From assembly GCA_002269645.1 (NCBI GenBank), contig NIVC01001267.1, forward strand, positions 200,165 to 264,164: a stretch of 64,000 bases of DNA, read 5' to 3'. The notes under the pieces were generated by a model, which was not told the origin of the DNA, did no database searches, and was given only the letters and a program-made list of their open reading frames with translations. Shown here piece after piece: positions 1-15,505 of the stretch (its first letter is position 1; every line of letters starts with the position of its first letter). The position numbers and the translations under genes are program-made. The DNA comes from Macrostomum lignano (Eukaryota).

Positions 1-188
1 TTAAGTACAAACGCCCACGCAGTCAGTGTGTGTAACAGATATATGCATGCATGAAACTGCCGTTAGTGTAGACAATTTATACACACAGACTTGGCGGATA
101 AGGATATAGCAGACAGTCAGCTTGCCTATGCCTTCAATTTCTGCAATTAAATTCAACGCATTCATTCATTTTGCTTAGCTGAACTTGG

Positions 189-2843
<2,655 letters not shown>

Positions 2844-4125
2844 TTCGCTTGGATTCGAAAGTCGCGTCAAAATTACTTAAGACAGAGTCTCCTTAGAGAC
2901 TGCAGTCTAAAAGCGGAAACGTTGAACCGGTCTTTAATAGATTTCTTTCTGGTTGATTTGTTACAGCGGCTTATCGGCGGCTGAAATTATTACCAATTAG
3001 ACGGGAACGATGTAGGAAGAATTTTCTAATCAAGGTTTCAAATGTTTTATTACAGCGCTGTGCTTTTCTCTGCCACGCCGCAGTTTCATGCGTTTTATAA
3101 TATAATCGCTTCACTGCCAGTCAGAAATTGGATTTCCCGTGGGTTTTCCGGAAAAATTAGGACAGAAGAGTGAAGAGGTATCGGGAATGTACACACCCGC
3201 AAATGTACATTGAACTTGTTTTATTTCTCTCCCCCCCATACGCGAGGCCCATAAAACCTACACCCCTCCAACGAAAGCCTCCTGGCTTGGGCCGCTCTAT
3301 TTGTTTAACTAATGGGTGGGGAAATGGGTTCCAGGGCAGAGATTTCTAACCGTGACTGAACAACCCAACTAAGTACATGGGGGTCGGGGGAATGTGTTCC
3401 AGGGCAGAGATTCCTTGGCCGCAACTCAACACTAACTGAACTAACTGTACAAAGGCATTCCAATGGTTAAGTTATCTATCTACACCTAGGCAACGTGCGT
3501 ACGTTATATGTAAACAGAAAACTAAAACAGGTTTTCAATATATTTCATTTACTGATTCTATGACCTGATAATACAAAACTTAGCCATTTTTGTTATATAT
3601 TGTGACACAAATAATTTCTAATAATTATACTACATTAGTACTACTAGTCAAGTGAAAATAATTAAGGCAAACAGAAGTCATACTGATTCATTACGTCACA
3701 GGGTCTACAATTCACGTGAATCGTATATAATTATATACGGCAGCGGCGACTGTTTCTTATGTTTCAAATTTAGTAGGTTTTTTCAACAAATATTAATTGG
3801 TACACACGAATGCAAATACAATGGTTGCTGCTTTGCAGGGCTGTTTTACCACAACTATATAAACGATCGGATTAGTGTAAGCTCAGCGGGCTACACAAGC
3901 ATACATATGCTAGTATTTCAAACAAACAATACATACAAAAGATGACTGTCTGCTACAAATAGTTTTTGAATAAATTTTGAAGTTGCAAGCAGATTTAGGA
4001 CTTACGCAAGTTCAACGATTTCCCGACCAAAGTATTACATTTTGAAGAATAAAAAATGAGAGCAAATGAAAACGTAATTAATGCACTTCTGATAAGCGAT
4101 GATCTTGAGTGTTGGGATTAGGGAG

Positions 4126-4858
4126 AACATAAATTTGGGATTAGAGATATTAGTGTTGGGATTAGGAGAACATAAAGTTGGGATTAGGGATATTACAGTG
4201 TTGGGATTAGGGATATTACAGTGTTGGGATTGGGGATATAATAGTGTTGGGATTAGGGATATTACAGTGTTGGGATTGGGGATATAATAGTGTTGGGATT
4301 AGGGATATAACAGTGTTGGGATTGGGGATATAATAGTGTTGGGATTAGGGATATTACAGTGTTGGGATTAGGGATATAATAGTGTTGGGATTAGGGATTT
4401 AATAGTGTTGGGATTAGGGATATTACAGTGTTGGGATTATTGATATTAGTGTTGGGATTAGGGATATAACAGTGTTGGGATTAGGGATATTACAGTGTTG
4501 GGATTAGGGATATTACAGTGTTGGGATTAGGGATATAACAGTGTTGGGATTAGGGATATTACAGTGTTGGGATTAGGGATATAACAGTGTTGGGATTAGG
4601 GATATAACAGTGTTGGGATTAGGGATATTACAGTGTTGGGATTAGGGATATTACAGTGTTGGGATTAGGGATATTACAGTGTTGGGATTAGGGATATAAC
4701 AGTGTTGGGATTAGGGATATAACAGTGTTGGGATTAGGGATATTACAGTGTTGGGATTAGGGATATTACAGTGTTGGGATTAGGGAGAACATAAAGTTGG
4801 GATTATAGATATTACAGTGTAGGGATTAGGGATATTATATAATGCTGGGATTAGGGAT
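4126..4858. repeat. 23-bp minisatellite containing TTAGGG
   Basis: Unit GTGTTGGGATTAGGGATAT(T/A)ACA. Confidence 0.95.
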
Positions 4859-5686
4859 AAAGGAGCACAATCGAGAGTTGGGATATTTTAGCTTTGGGAT
4901 TTATAACGGCTTAACTTACTAATCTACCTAGCCATTAAAAAAGCGATATTTTTATTCAAGATGCAAACTAATAACTAAGACGCCAAATTAATTGATATTA
5001 ATAAATAACGGATTAGAACATTAATTTATACAGATAGAAACGATATTTTTTAATTATTTTCAGGAATAGCAGTTACGTATTATAAAAATACAACAGCAGG
5101 CAAAGATGAATGCAAAAAAAACTAAATTTTGAAACTTGCATAGCAGTGCAGTAGAATAAGAATGCTTAGATTAGTTATTAGTTACCATAGCTATACATTT
5201 AGGAAAAAGACACCCAAGCCCAGCAACTACGGGTTTAATTAAAAGTACAAAAATGAACGCACAACTTATTTAAGCCTCTGTAAGTATTAATTAAATCTTA
5301 GTAAACGCAGCTTAAAAGAGGCTAAAGGATCTAAAGGAATAGAGAATTATTGGGATAAATTCAGGATCATAGGGATAAGTTGAGGATCATAGGGATAAAA
5401 TGGGTATTAGTGGGATGAACAGAGAATTAACGGGATAAATTGAGGATTAATGGGATATTTGAGGTCATAGGATAACATTGTAGGGCATACGAAAGGGCTA
5501 CTATAGGGACAAAAAATTCCCCAAACTTTCATTGTGCCTTAAACTGATACCAAAAGTACATTTAGTTGGGTTCAAAGTAATAAAACAACAACTAGGCCAA
5601 GATTCTATTTATAAAAATTACTACTACCCAACCAGACTGCATATTTTATTACTAAAGCATTATTTATGACTCATATCGCATCTTTT

Positions 5687-7202
5687 TTAGCGACGGTTCC
5701 GCCTGTCGCGGTCTCGATCGCCTCCTCGACTGCGGCTTCGGCTGGTGCGGCCGCGTCTGCCCGCGGCGTTGCCGCCGGCGCCGGCGCCCAAGTTAAGCCG
5801 GGTATAGCGCCGCTGGCCAGTTGGCGCCGCCGCCGCAGATCCGGCAGCGTTGTCGGCTTCTTTCGATTGGCGTTGGCGATTCTTCACCTGGAGATTCGAT
5901 TGGGATTTGGAAAGTGAATTTAGGCATTTTCGATTGAAAGATTTGGGGATTTCTGAATTGGGAATTTTGGTATTTCTAAATGGGGAATTTTGGGATTTTG
6001 GATTAGGGAATTTTGGGATTTCTGAATGGGAAATTTGGGTATTTCTGAATGGGAAATTTGGGGATTTATGAATGGGGAATTTGGGTATTTCTGAATGGGA
6101 AATTTGGGGATTTATGAATGGGGAATTTGGGTATTTCTGAATGGGAAATTTGGGGATTTATGAATGGGGAATTTGGGTATTTCTGAATGGGGAATTTGGG
6201 GATTTATGAATGGGGAATTTTGGTATTTCTGAATGGGGAATTTGGGGATTTCTGAATGGGGAATTTGGGGATTTCTGAATGGGGAATTTGGGGATTTCTA
6301 ATTGGGGGATTTTGGGATTTCTGAATGCGGAATTTAGGGACTTCTGAATGGGGAATCTGGGGATTTCCGATTTGGGAATGAGGCTCAGATTTAAGAATCA
6401 GGAGTAACGGAGTAAGGAATATCGCATATTATAAGCAGTATAACTTCTTGTAATTTAAAAGAGGAATTTCTGCGACAATAAGAAGCTGGTATATTTTAGG
6501 AACTGACGCCACACTTCAGTCTTAGACTTTGCGTAAAATAAAATTGAAAAGCATCTGAAGCAAACAAGCACGTCCTTCATAGACGGCAACTATATATGAA
6601 GCATTATGACTCATTTAGTGCCCAGTGCAAGCAGACTTAAAGGGAAAGCATAATTTACTCAGCCAGTTGTACTACACCCAGTCTAGATACAGAAGAAATC
6701 ACACGAGCTGCAGTCGTGTTAAAACAAAAATACAATTTCTTTTTATAGACACGCTAGAAGAATCCAGGGTGAAAAAACGTTAATTTAAGCGGGGCAGAAA
6801 TTAAGCTATTTGAAGGCTTGCTTTTTAGTGTCTATGGCCCAAAAAGGGGGGTTCTGTGGAGCTTCTAATTAAGGACTGTACTTTTAGCTTTTGAAAGCCT
6901 AACTGAGAATAGTCTATGGGCCATAGACTGCAAAAGCCAGGCAAAGCGATAAAAAGCCATAGACAACTTAGACTAAGGCCCATAGACTACGCGGGCAGCG
7001 TATGGAGGATTTTCAGCATGACAAAAGCACCTCGCTACCATAGACAAAGCTTCTGATCTGATTTGATTAGATTTTATATATTGGCATTTTCGTAATTCAT
7101 TTCTGAAAAAAAAGATATTTTTAGACACTGACGAAATAATAAAATGAAATTAAAAAAAACCGATGATGCTTAAGGCAGCCGCATCTTAGGCGACCCTGGA
7201 CC

Positions 7203-7242
<40 letters not shown>

Positions 7243-10200
7243 GGCAGTATTAAGCACAATCACGTGATTAAAACCAACTATACGCATGTTCAACGAAACC
7301 ATGATACCGGCGTAATAAATAGTGACAATCAGGTGACTGTCCCCAGCTGTCCTCAAAGGGGTCCATCCAGGGTCCAAGAATTGTACCCCAAAAGTTGGCG
7401 TTATAACATAGCCCTTGGTATTTTCTCTTTTCAGAAGCTAAATATAGAACATGCACAAATCGGAGTTGCTAGGAGTTGCTTTTGTTTGCTAGGACCAGAG
7501 GCACTCTTAAAAATCTGTTGGGCACGTGGCAAGATTTGCTTCTAGGGGTAAAATGACAGAATTTTTTTTTCTAGTTCCAGATAATGCCTAATATTCTACC
7601 GCTTGGAAATGATTTTATCTAATAAGAATTATTAAAGCTTATAAAGCGCTGAACAAAGTAACATGAGGTTTGCTAATGGGAAAGAAGATTTTCTACAAGG
7701 GAATAAGAAAAGTAAGGAATTCGAATGAGGATTATGGGGTTTCAAATCAGGATTCGGGATCTCTAACGGGGATTAGGGATTTCTATTGAGGATAAAGGAT
7801 TTCTAATGGGGATTAAAGAATTCGAATGAGGATCATGAAGTTTCAAATCAGGATTAGGGATCTCTAACGGGGATTAGGGATTTCTATTGAGGATTAAGGA
7901 TTTCTAATGGGGATTAAAGAATTCGAATGAGGATCATGAAGTTTCAAATCAGGATTAGGGATCTCTAACGGGGATTAGGGATTTCTATTGAGGATTAAGG
8001 ATTTCTAATGGGGATTAAAGAATTCGAATGAGGATCATGAAGTTTCAAATCAGGATTAGGGATCTCTAACGGGGATTAGGGATTTCTATTGAGGATTAAG
8101 GATTTCTAATGGGGATTAAAGAATTCGAATGAGGATCATGAAGTTTCAAATCAGGATTAGGGATCTCTAACGGGGATTAGGGATTTCTATTGAGGATTAA
8201 GGATTTCTAATGGGGATTAAAGAATTCGAATGAGGATCATGAAGTTTCAAATCAGGATTAGGGATCTCTAACGGGGATTAGGGATTTCTATTGAGGATTA
8301 AGGATTTCTAATGGGGATTAAAGAATTCGAATGAGGATCATGAAGTTTCAAATCCGGATTATGGATCTCTAACGGGGATTAGGGATCTCTAATGAGGATT
8401 TATGATTTCTAATGGGGATTAGAGATCTCTAATGAGGATTAATGATTTCTAATGGGGATTAGAGATCTCTAATGAGGATTAAGGATTTCTAATTGCGATT
8501 AGGGATCTCTAATGAGGATTTATGATTTCTAATGGGGATTAGGTATCTCTAATGAGGATTAAGGATTTATAATGAAGATTAAGGATTTTTAAGAGGGATT
8601 AAGGATATCTTATAGGGATTAGGGATTTCTAATCCCATTAAGGATTTTAATGGAAATTAAGGATTCTAACGAGACTTAAAGATTTCTAATGGGAGTAGGA
8701 ATTGTTATTTATAGGCAGCAGAAGGATGACAAGCAAGAACACAAATAACAACTGTTCACTCTCACCTGTTCGTCGTTCAGCGGCATCCAGTAAATGAACG
8801 GAGTGGTGCAGGTTTTACGAAACAGCTGATCGAGAAGCGTGCCCGGCTCAGCGTCTTCTGTTGATAAACAGGCATGGTGAGAGGTAATTAGTCACGTGAT
8901 ACAGCTCACAGCTTATACTAGGCTCGGCTCTAAGAATGGGGCTAGGGAACCTGCTTGACGTAGAAGTAATAGAAAAAGGTCAGAGAGGGGTTATGACACT
9001 AAACTGAGGTCAGGGAGGGGTTATGACACCAAACTGAGGTCAGGGAGGGTTTATGACACCAAACTGAGGTCAGGGAGGGGTTATGACACCAAACTGAGGT
9101 CAGGGAGGGGTTATGACACCAAACTGAGGTCAGGGAGGGTTATGACACCAAACTGAGGTCAGGGAGGGGTTATGACACCAAACTGAGGTCAGGGAGGGGT
9201 TATGACACCAAACTGAGGTCAGGGAGGGGTTATGACACCAAACTGAGGTCAGGGAGGGGTTATGACACCAAACTGAGGTCAGGGAGGGGTTATGACACCA
9301 AACTGAGGTCAGGGAGGGGTTATGACACCAAACTTAGGTCAGGGAAGGGTTATGACACCAAACTGAGGTCAGGGAGGGGTTATGACACCAAACTGAGGTC
9401 AGGGAGGGTTATGACAGCACTCACTTTCAGCCTTCTTGTCGCCAGCCGAATTAGTTGAAGATTTCCGCCTCCGCCGAGGCTCTCTGGCGTCCTCGCTGCT
9501 GCTGTCCTCAATCTCGACCACCTCATCATCGCTAACGTCGCGATCATTAGCAGCGCCAACCTGATCAGCCTCATCAGCTTTGAGCGCATCCTCACCAAGT
9601 CTGGACGCCTTCAACAGCCGCCTTGGCACCGACTGCGCCGTGTCGCCGTGCTGCCTCGCCCAGTCCATCTCAGACTGGCAAGCGAAATCGACTTTCAAAG
9701 CGCGCGAATTACCCTTAGGCCAACGACAATTGTCTAGGGCTTCGCGTACTTTTTTAGCCTCTTCAATAGAATTGAAATGAGCGTAGCAGCGAGTTTTGAT
9801 TCGGTCTAGCCAGACAGGATCAGGCTGGACAGGCTTATCCGTACTGTTATTGGCAGCTGCAGTTTTGTCATCGTCTGCATCAGAGGGGTTTGCAGCATCA
9901 GCCGATGCCGTCTCAGACGTTGTCGCCGCTGCAGACGGCGGGTCTGGAGATTTGAGCTGGCCATAGCGAGTCAGCAGTTCACGCAGCTGCTGGGGCGTGA
10001 ATGGCCTGACTAGGCCGGTCACCTTCAGCACCTGAAATGAGGGAGGGGGGGGGGCAGCGATGCAATTGAAGAAAATTGCCTCTGATGGATTTCTCTCGGA
10101 AAAACTGCCTCTCTCACCAACGATTTCAGAGCGAAAATCTCTACCTTAAGTGTAAGGTAGAAAAAATAATTAGAAAATCGCCCAATTTATAATTCCTCTG

Positions 10201-13200
10201 TGAAAATCGCCCCCTATCAATGATTTCCTGAGAAAATCGCCAACTCCCCATAAATAATTCCTCCGAAAAAATCGCCTCAAATCAATGATTCCTCTGAAAA
10301 AATCGCCCCAAATTAATCAATGATTCTTCTGAAAAAATCTCCCCTCCCCATCAATAATTCCTTCGGGAAAATCGACTCCAATCAATGATTCTTCTGTGAA
10401 ATTGCCTGAGCAATAATTTTAAAAAACTATTCTGCAGAAAGACTACAGTACATAAAGGTTTTTTAAGCTACTTAGTAAGTAGTATACATGGATAACTTGC
10501 TTTGTATCGGCTGTTCAGTCTAAAAATTCTCTATTTTAACTGTTTAATTAACTGTAAAGGTCAAAGTTCAAAAAATCGACACGCATCCTCACCTCGGTCT
10601 CCTTATTCTCCGAATCTCGAGTCGGACCCACTCGAATCGGCTCGTCAACCTGATAGTCCACCACTTTAGTTCGACGAATCACCTGACGTTTCTGAGACGG
10701 CGATCTCGAAGCATCGCGTTGACGCCGACGCAGGCTCAACAGCTGCTGGTTGGCGTCGTACACTTCGCCTTCCTCCAGATCTCCATTGCCGAGGTCATGA
10801 CTCTCGCCGTTGGTGGCCGTCGCCGCCAGGGTGTCGGAGCCGGCACCGTCGACGCTGGCTGGTCGACCGTTCCGAAGCCGGGCTTTGAGCTCAGCTCTGC
10901 AGTCTGGGAGCAGCTTCTGTAGTAAGGGATGCAGTAAGCAGCTGAGGATCTGGGAGGCTGGACTAGCAACTGACACTCTGGGAGGCTGCACCAGTAACTG
11001 AGGATCTGGGAGACTGCACCAGTAACTGAGGAGCTGGGAGGCTGGCATAGCAACTGACACTCTGGGAGACTGGCGCAGTAACTGACACTCTGGGAGGCTC
11101 GCCCAGCAACTGAGGATCTGGGAGGCTGGCCCAGCAACTGAGTGTCTAAAACGTTCAGGTTAAACTAACGAAAGGCGGGAAGGCATTAGTAGTAACTATG
11201 CAACAATTCAAACTCACGTCCAAAACTTTCGATGTGATCAGAGGCAGAGGAGTTGCGGCATTTGCAGCGGTGGCCGACGCTGCGCTACCATTGCTCTGCT
11301 GTGTCTGCTGCTGCGACTGCTTCTTCAAGCCCCATGCGCCTCGACGCTGACGCGGTTTACGTTGTCGGACTTCTATCGACGGCAGAGTGGGCGGGACGGG
11401 GTGGGGCCGTGCGTACATTGCGGGAAGTGAGGTGGGGCTGTGCGTACATTGCGGGAAGTGAGGTGGGGCTGTGTGTACATTGCGGGAAGTGAGGTGGGGC
11501 TGTGTATACATTGCGGGAAGTGAGGTGGGGCCGTGCGTACATTGCGGGAAGTGAGGTGGGGCTGTGTGTACATTGCGGGAAGTGAGGTGGGGCTGTGTGT
11601 ACACTGCGGGAAGTGAGGTGGGGCTGTACGTACATTGCGGGAAGTGAGGTGGGGCTGTGTGTAAATTGCGGGAAGTGAGGTGGGGCTGTACGTACATTGC
11701 CGGGAGTGGGGGGGGGGGCTCTGCGTACATTGAAATAAAATAGTATAAAATATTTCTCACCAGCTACATCGATTTCGGTTTTCTTAGCAGGAGGTTCACC
11801 GTCTTCGCCCTCCCCTTTTTGAGAAGCGACCTTATTCCTAGTAGGACTGTCAGACTTTGAACATGCGGTTGTGGATACTGATTTAGCTGCAGCTGATGAG
11901 CGCTTCTCGCCTCTGCTCTGATGTCCCTGGAATTAATTAATTTTATTAATTGACTGAGGCAGGATTAGACATGTACTAGGAAGCTTCAAACATAGTAGGT
12001 TATAAAGATACTGGATGACAGATGCACTATAGAAACCGAACGTAAAATTAATCATTTGACATTGGGATACATTTTTCATTGGATAGGATTTTTTGTTGTT
12101 AAAGATTGGGATAATCGTTGCCATGGATTTGGATACCTTGTTGCTATGGCATGGGGATCCTTGTTGCTATGGGATTGGGTGTCTTGTTGCTACGGGATGG
12201 GATCCTTGTTGCTATGGGACTGGGTGTCTTGTTGCTATGGGATGGGATTCTTGTTGCTATGGGACTGGGTGTCTTGTTGCTATGGAATGGGATCCTTGTT
12301 GCCATGGAATTGGATACCCTGTTGCTATGACATGGGGATCCTTGTTGCTATGGGACTGGGTGCCTTGTTGCTATGGGATGGGATCCTTGTTGCTATGGGA
12401 CTGGGTGTCTTGTAGCAAATGGGATCCTCGTTGCCATGGGATGTCTTGTTGCTATGGGACGGGGGATACTTGTTGCCATGGCATGTCTTGTTGCTATGGG
12501 ACGGGGGATACTTGTTGCCATGGGATGTCTTGTTGCTATGGGACGGGGGATACTTGTTGCCATGGTATGTCTTGTTGCTATGGGACGGGGGATACTTGTT
12601 GCCATGGAATGTCTTGTTGCTATGGGACGGGGGATACTTGTTGCCATGGAATGTCTTGTTGCTATGGGACGGGGGATACTTGTTGCCATGGGATGTCTTG
12701 TCGCTATGGGACGGGGGATACTTGTTGCCATGGCTTGGGATTATAATTGCTATGGTATGAATTATAAAGTTTGAAGAGAGGCATTTAGCGCTGTCACAAA
12801 TCATTGATCAAGCCAGCAGCCACGCACATTCCACACGCTCACACAGGGTGCACAGCGGACCTTGACTTTTAACTCTGTGCCCCCTGGGGATTGGAGCTAA
12901 CCGACTCGGAAGAAAATAAAGCAATGGAAACTGGGATTCCAAATCAAAACTCGACCCCAATACCCACCGCCTCCTTAGCAGCGGCCCGACCCTTGGAACT
13001 GTTCAGCTCGTCGTCCGACATGTCGGCGTGAATGTCGAGATTGTCGGCGGCGTTGCCGCCTCTGTCCTGATCTTCGCCTGCCACGTCGTCATCGGAGTAC
13101 ACCAGCTGCTCCTCGCCGATGCCCGCCATGCTGCCGCCATCACGAGACGTAGCCGTGTGAAATGAGGCCCCGGTACTATTGGGACTCAATACTGAGGTTG

Positions 13201-13285
13201 CTATGGCAACGGCTGGAGTGGCTTCAGTGTCGACGGCGGCGGCGGCGCCGCTACTGTCATCTTCTTCGCTGGCGCAAAAAGAAGA
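5687..13285 (-). CDS. ACIN1: Acinus (apoptotic chromatin condensation inducer). Exons 13285-12968, 11929-11759, 11372-11218, 10916-10593, 10031-9425, 8857-8766, 5887-5687; possible ATG-only first exon at 18288-18286
   Basis: Acinus-type RRM (LKVTGLVRPFTPQQLRELL...WLDRIKTRCY...WPKGNSRALKVDF), RSB motif LLDQLFRKTCTTPFIYWMPL and an RS/RD-rich C-terminus. Splice phases are consistent between exons. Confidence 0.92.
5942..6378. repeat. 22-bp minisatellite in the last ACIN1 intron
   Basis: Unit GGGATTT(C/A)TGAATGGGGAATTT. Confidence 0.92.
7205..7241. repeat. (GACA)n microsatellite
   Basis: Perfect GACA run. Confidence 0.95.
7722..8700. repeat. ~20-bp monomer array with a 101-bp higher-order repeat
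   Basis: The 101-bp unit starts at 7851, 7952, 8053, etc. Monomeric units follow after ~8350. Confidence 0.92.
8987..9416. repeat. 30-bp minisatellite in an ACIN1 intron
   Basis: Unit AAACTGAGGTCAGGGAGGGGTTATGACACC. Confidence 0.96.
10130..10410. repeat. Degenerate tandem repeat (AAAATCGCC...ATCAATGATT) in an ACIN1 intron
   Basis: Recurring AAAATCGCC / ATCAAT(G/A)ATTCCT motifs at roughly 35-40 bp spacing. Confidence 0.6.
10950..11143. repeat. 28-bp minisatellite (same unit as 20650-21140)
   Basis: Unit CTGGGAGGCTGGCCCAGCAACTGAGGAT, diverged copies. Confidence 0.9.
11400..11735. repeat. 31-bp minisatellite
   Basis: Unit CATTGCGGGAAGTGAGGTGGGGCTGTG(T/C)GTA. Confidence 0.95.
12113..12740. 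repeat. Two related TTGTTGC(T/C)ATGG arrays (~20/21-bp units, then ~39-42-bp dimers)
   Basis: GGGATCCTTGTTGCTATGGGA units, then TTGTTGCCATGG..TGTCTTGTTGCTATGGGACGGGGGATAC. Confidence 0.92.
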
Positions 13286-15505
13286 CTGCAAATGAACAAA
13301 GACAGTTTAGAAATAGGGTTTCAAAAGTATCAATAATTGCTATTTTTCTTAATGACTACTTCTCTAGCGTAAGTAGGCTGGTCAGTAAATTTTTTAAAAG
13401 ATTTTGAAGGAAATGTTAAATAAGACACCTGGATTGCATACAAGAAACTCAATTGGATGAGTCGTTTAATATTCTGGAATCTTTAAGGTGTATAATAATC
13501 TTTTTTCCCTAAGCCTTTCATTAATTATTACAAGTAATAATGTAAGTTGCCTCGATTGTACAATAATAACAAAATAAGCTAGAATATTGTGGATATTAGT
13601 ACTAGTATAATAGAACATAAAAAACTCAAAGATTGTGTCATCTTTAGAGGCCAATTTTTAAGAAAAAATATAGTATAAATATAAGCAAAAATAATTTTAA
13701 AGTTATATAACTGATTGTATATTTATGCATATAGGAACCAATATTTAGTAAAATAGAATTATACCTAGAATAGCGACTAAAAATTACTTACATGCAACAT
13801 AAACACATGAATAAGTATATGAATACATGTTAGCATTTGTATCTGCACACTTGCATATGCTTGTTCTCTTCAATCCTAGCCTAGTACAATGCTGCAACAA
13901 ACAATTTTGTGGGTCTAAATCTCAAAGAGAATTCAATAATAGACCTAGGCAGGTATGGCTAGAGCAAAGCTATGAGAGAAGCAAGGAGGGCAATTGAATA
14001 CTTTTGGGAAGGCATTGTCTTCTTAATATTAATTGGCTTATTGAAAATATAGTAGGGCATAATTTAGGAAGGGATAATATTTGCTTTTACACTACCGACA
14101 GTAGTTTTCAGTTGCATAAATATTAGTAAATAGTTGGGGTTATACAGGATTATTTAAAAATAAAAAGCAGCTGAGCTCTTAAGAAAACATCCATTTGCTA
14201 TCTTTTTGTCTTAGGAAAGTTCAACCAAAAAGTATCAAGGTAAGGAAAATAAGTGACCAATATAGACAAATAGCTAATATTGCATAAGAGTCTTGCCTTG
14301 ACTAAACTGGGAATCTTGCCCAATGCATAGTAGAAATGGAAACAACTAAGACAATATATTGTAGAGCACCTTTTTATATTGACATTTAACTACATTCTGC
14401 TTTAACAAATTAAAATATATACTCGTATTGGTGTCTTGTCTTACTTCTTTATCTGTTAAATATTAGGATTAAGAAGTATTAGGATACCTGGTAGCAGCAA
14501 CTTACCAAAAGCAAACCAATTAAATTCCTAAAGAATATTTATAATAAACTAGTACTTTTAGCCTAAATTACAAGGTTGAAAACTGCATAAGTATTGAAAA
14601 GTATTGAAATAATTAGAAAATTGGAAGTATTTTATATACTTTAAGTTCAAGTTATAGGATTTTTTGAAATTTTGAACTTTATAAGAATTGTCTTATTGCT
14701 AAATGCTAGATACCAAATCATTATTGTATTGTTTCTTTTGCTAGGCTTTTTACAAAGCCAATTCAAGTAAGACTAGACTTAAAGTATTAAATTGATTTTT
14801 AATATAAGAATAATAAAAAATTATAGCATACAAGAATTATTTTTAATCAACATCTCTAGCCATAGCTATATTGAATTTTACCATGCTATCTTTATAGACA
14901 CAGTTTGTTTTTTTAGATAGTCAAATCTTTATATTCATTATTCTAGAATTTTTTGTAGCAATATTACAAAATGACAAAATTGTTGCAAATATAAATGATA
15001 TCTCTATCAATAATATTATTAAATGAATATTTGCTATACTATGTTTGTCTATTTATTTAACCAAAAATCTTTTCTATAACAACCTTTTAGATAAGCATAG
15101 AATGGCTAGTGAGGTTTTGTGATTTAGTATACAATTAATATTAATATTTTTATAGTAAATTAAATTAGGTGCTCTAAAATCTCTATAATCTATCACTATA
15201 GTCACCATTAGGCAAGTAGGCCTATTTTTACTAGAGACAAGGTATGAAATCTTACCTTATGCATAACTTTAGGATATAATTTAAGGGCTCAGAAGACATT
15301 ATTTTATTTTACTATGCCATTTTTTACATTTTTTGTTTTGAGATACCATATAAAAATTCTCTGTGGCAATTTTCTAGCCATTTAGTTATCATTATAGTTA
15401 GACTTATCACCAGAGAAGATATGTAAGACTCAATCAATACTGCTACAATTACAATAAAGATCATATTTGAACTACTAGTCTAAGAAATCATCAAATGCAA
15501 CTAGG

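Noticed and set aside
3195-3520. p53 half-site (GAACTTGTTT) and FOXO-like GTAAACA upstream of the GADD45-like gene
   Set aside because: A single half-site and a 7-mer are expected by chance in AT-rich DNA.
4126-4858. True telomere or chromosome end
   Set aside because: TTAGGG occurs once per 23-bp unit rather than as a tandem hexamer run, and genes flank both sides.
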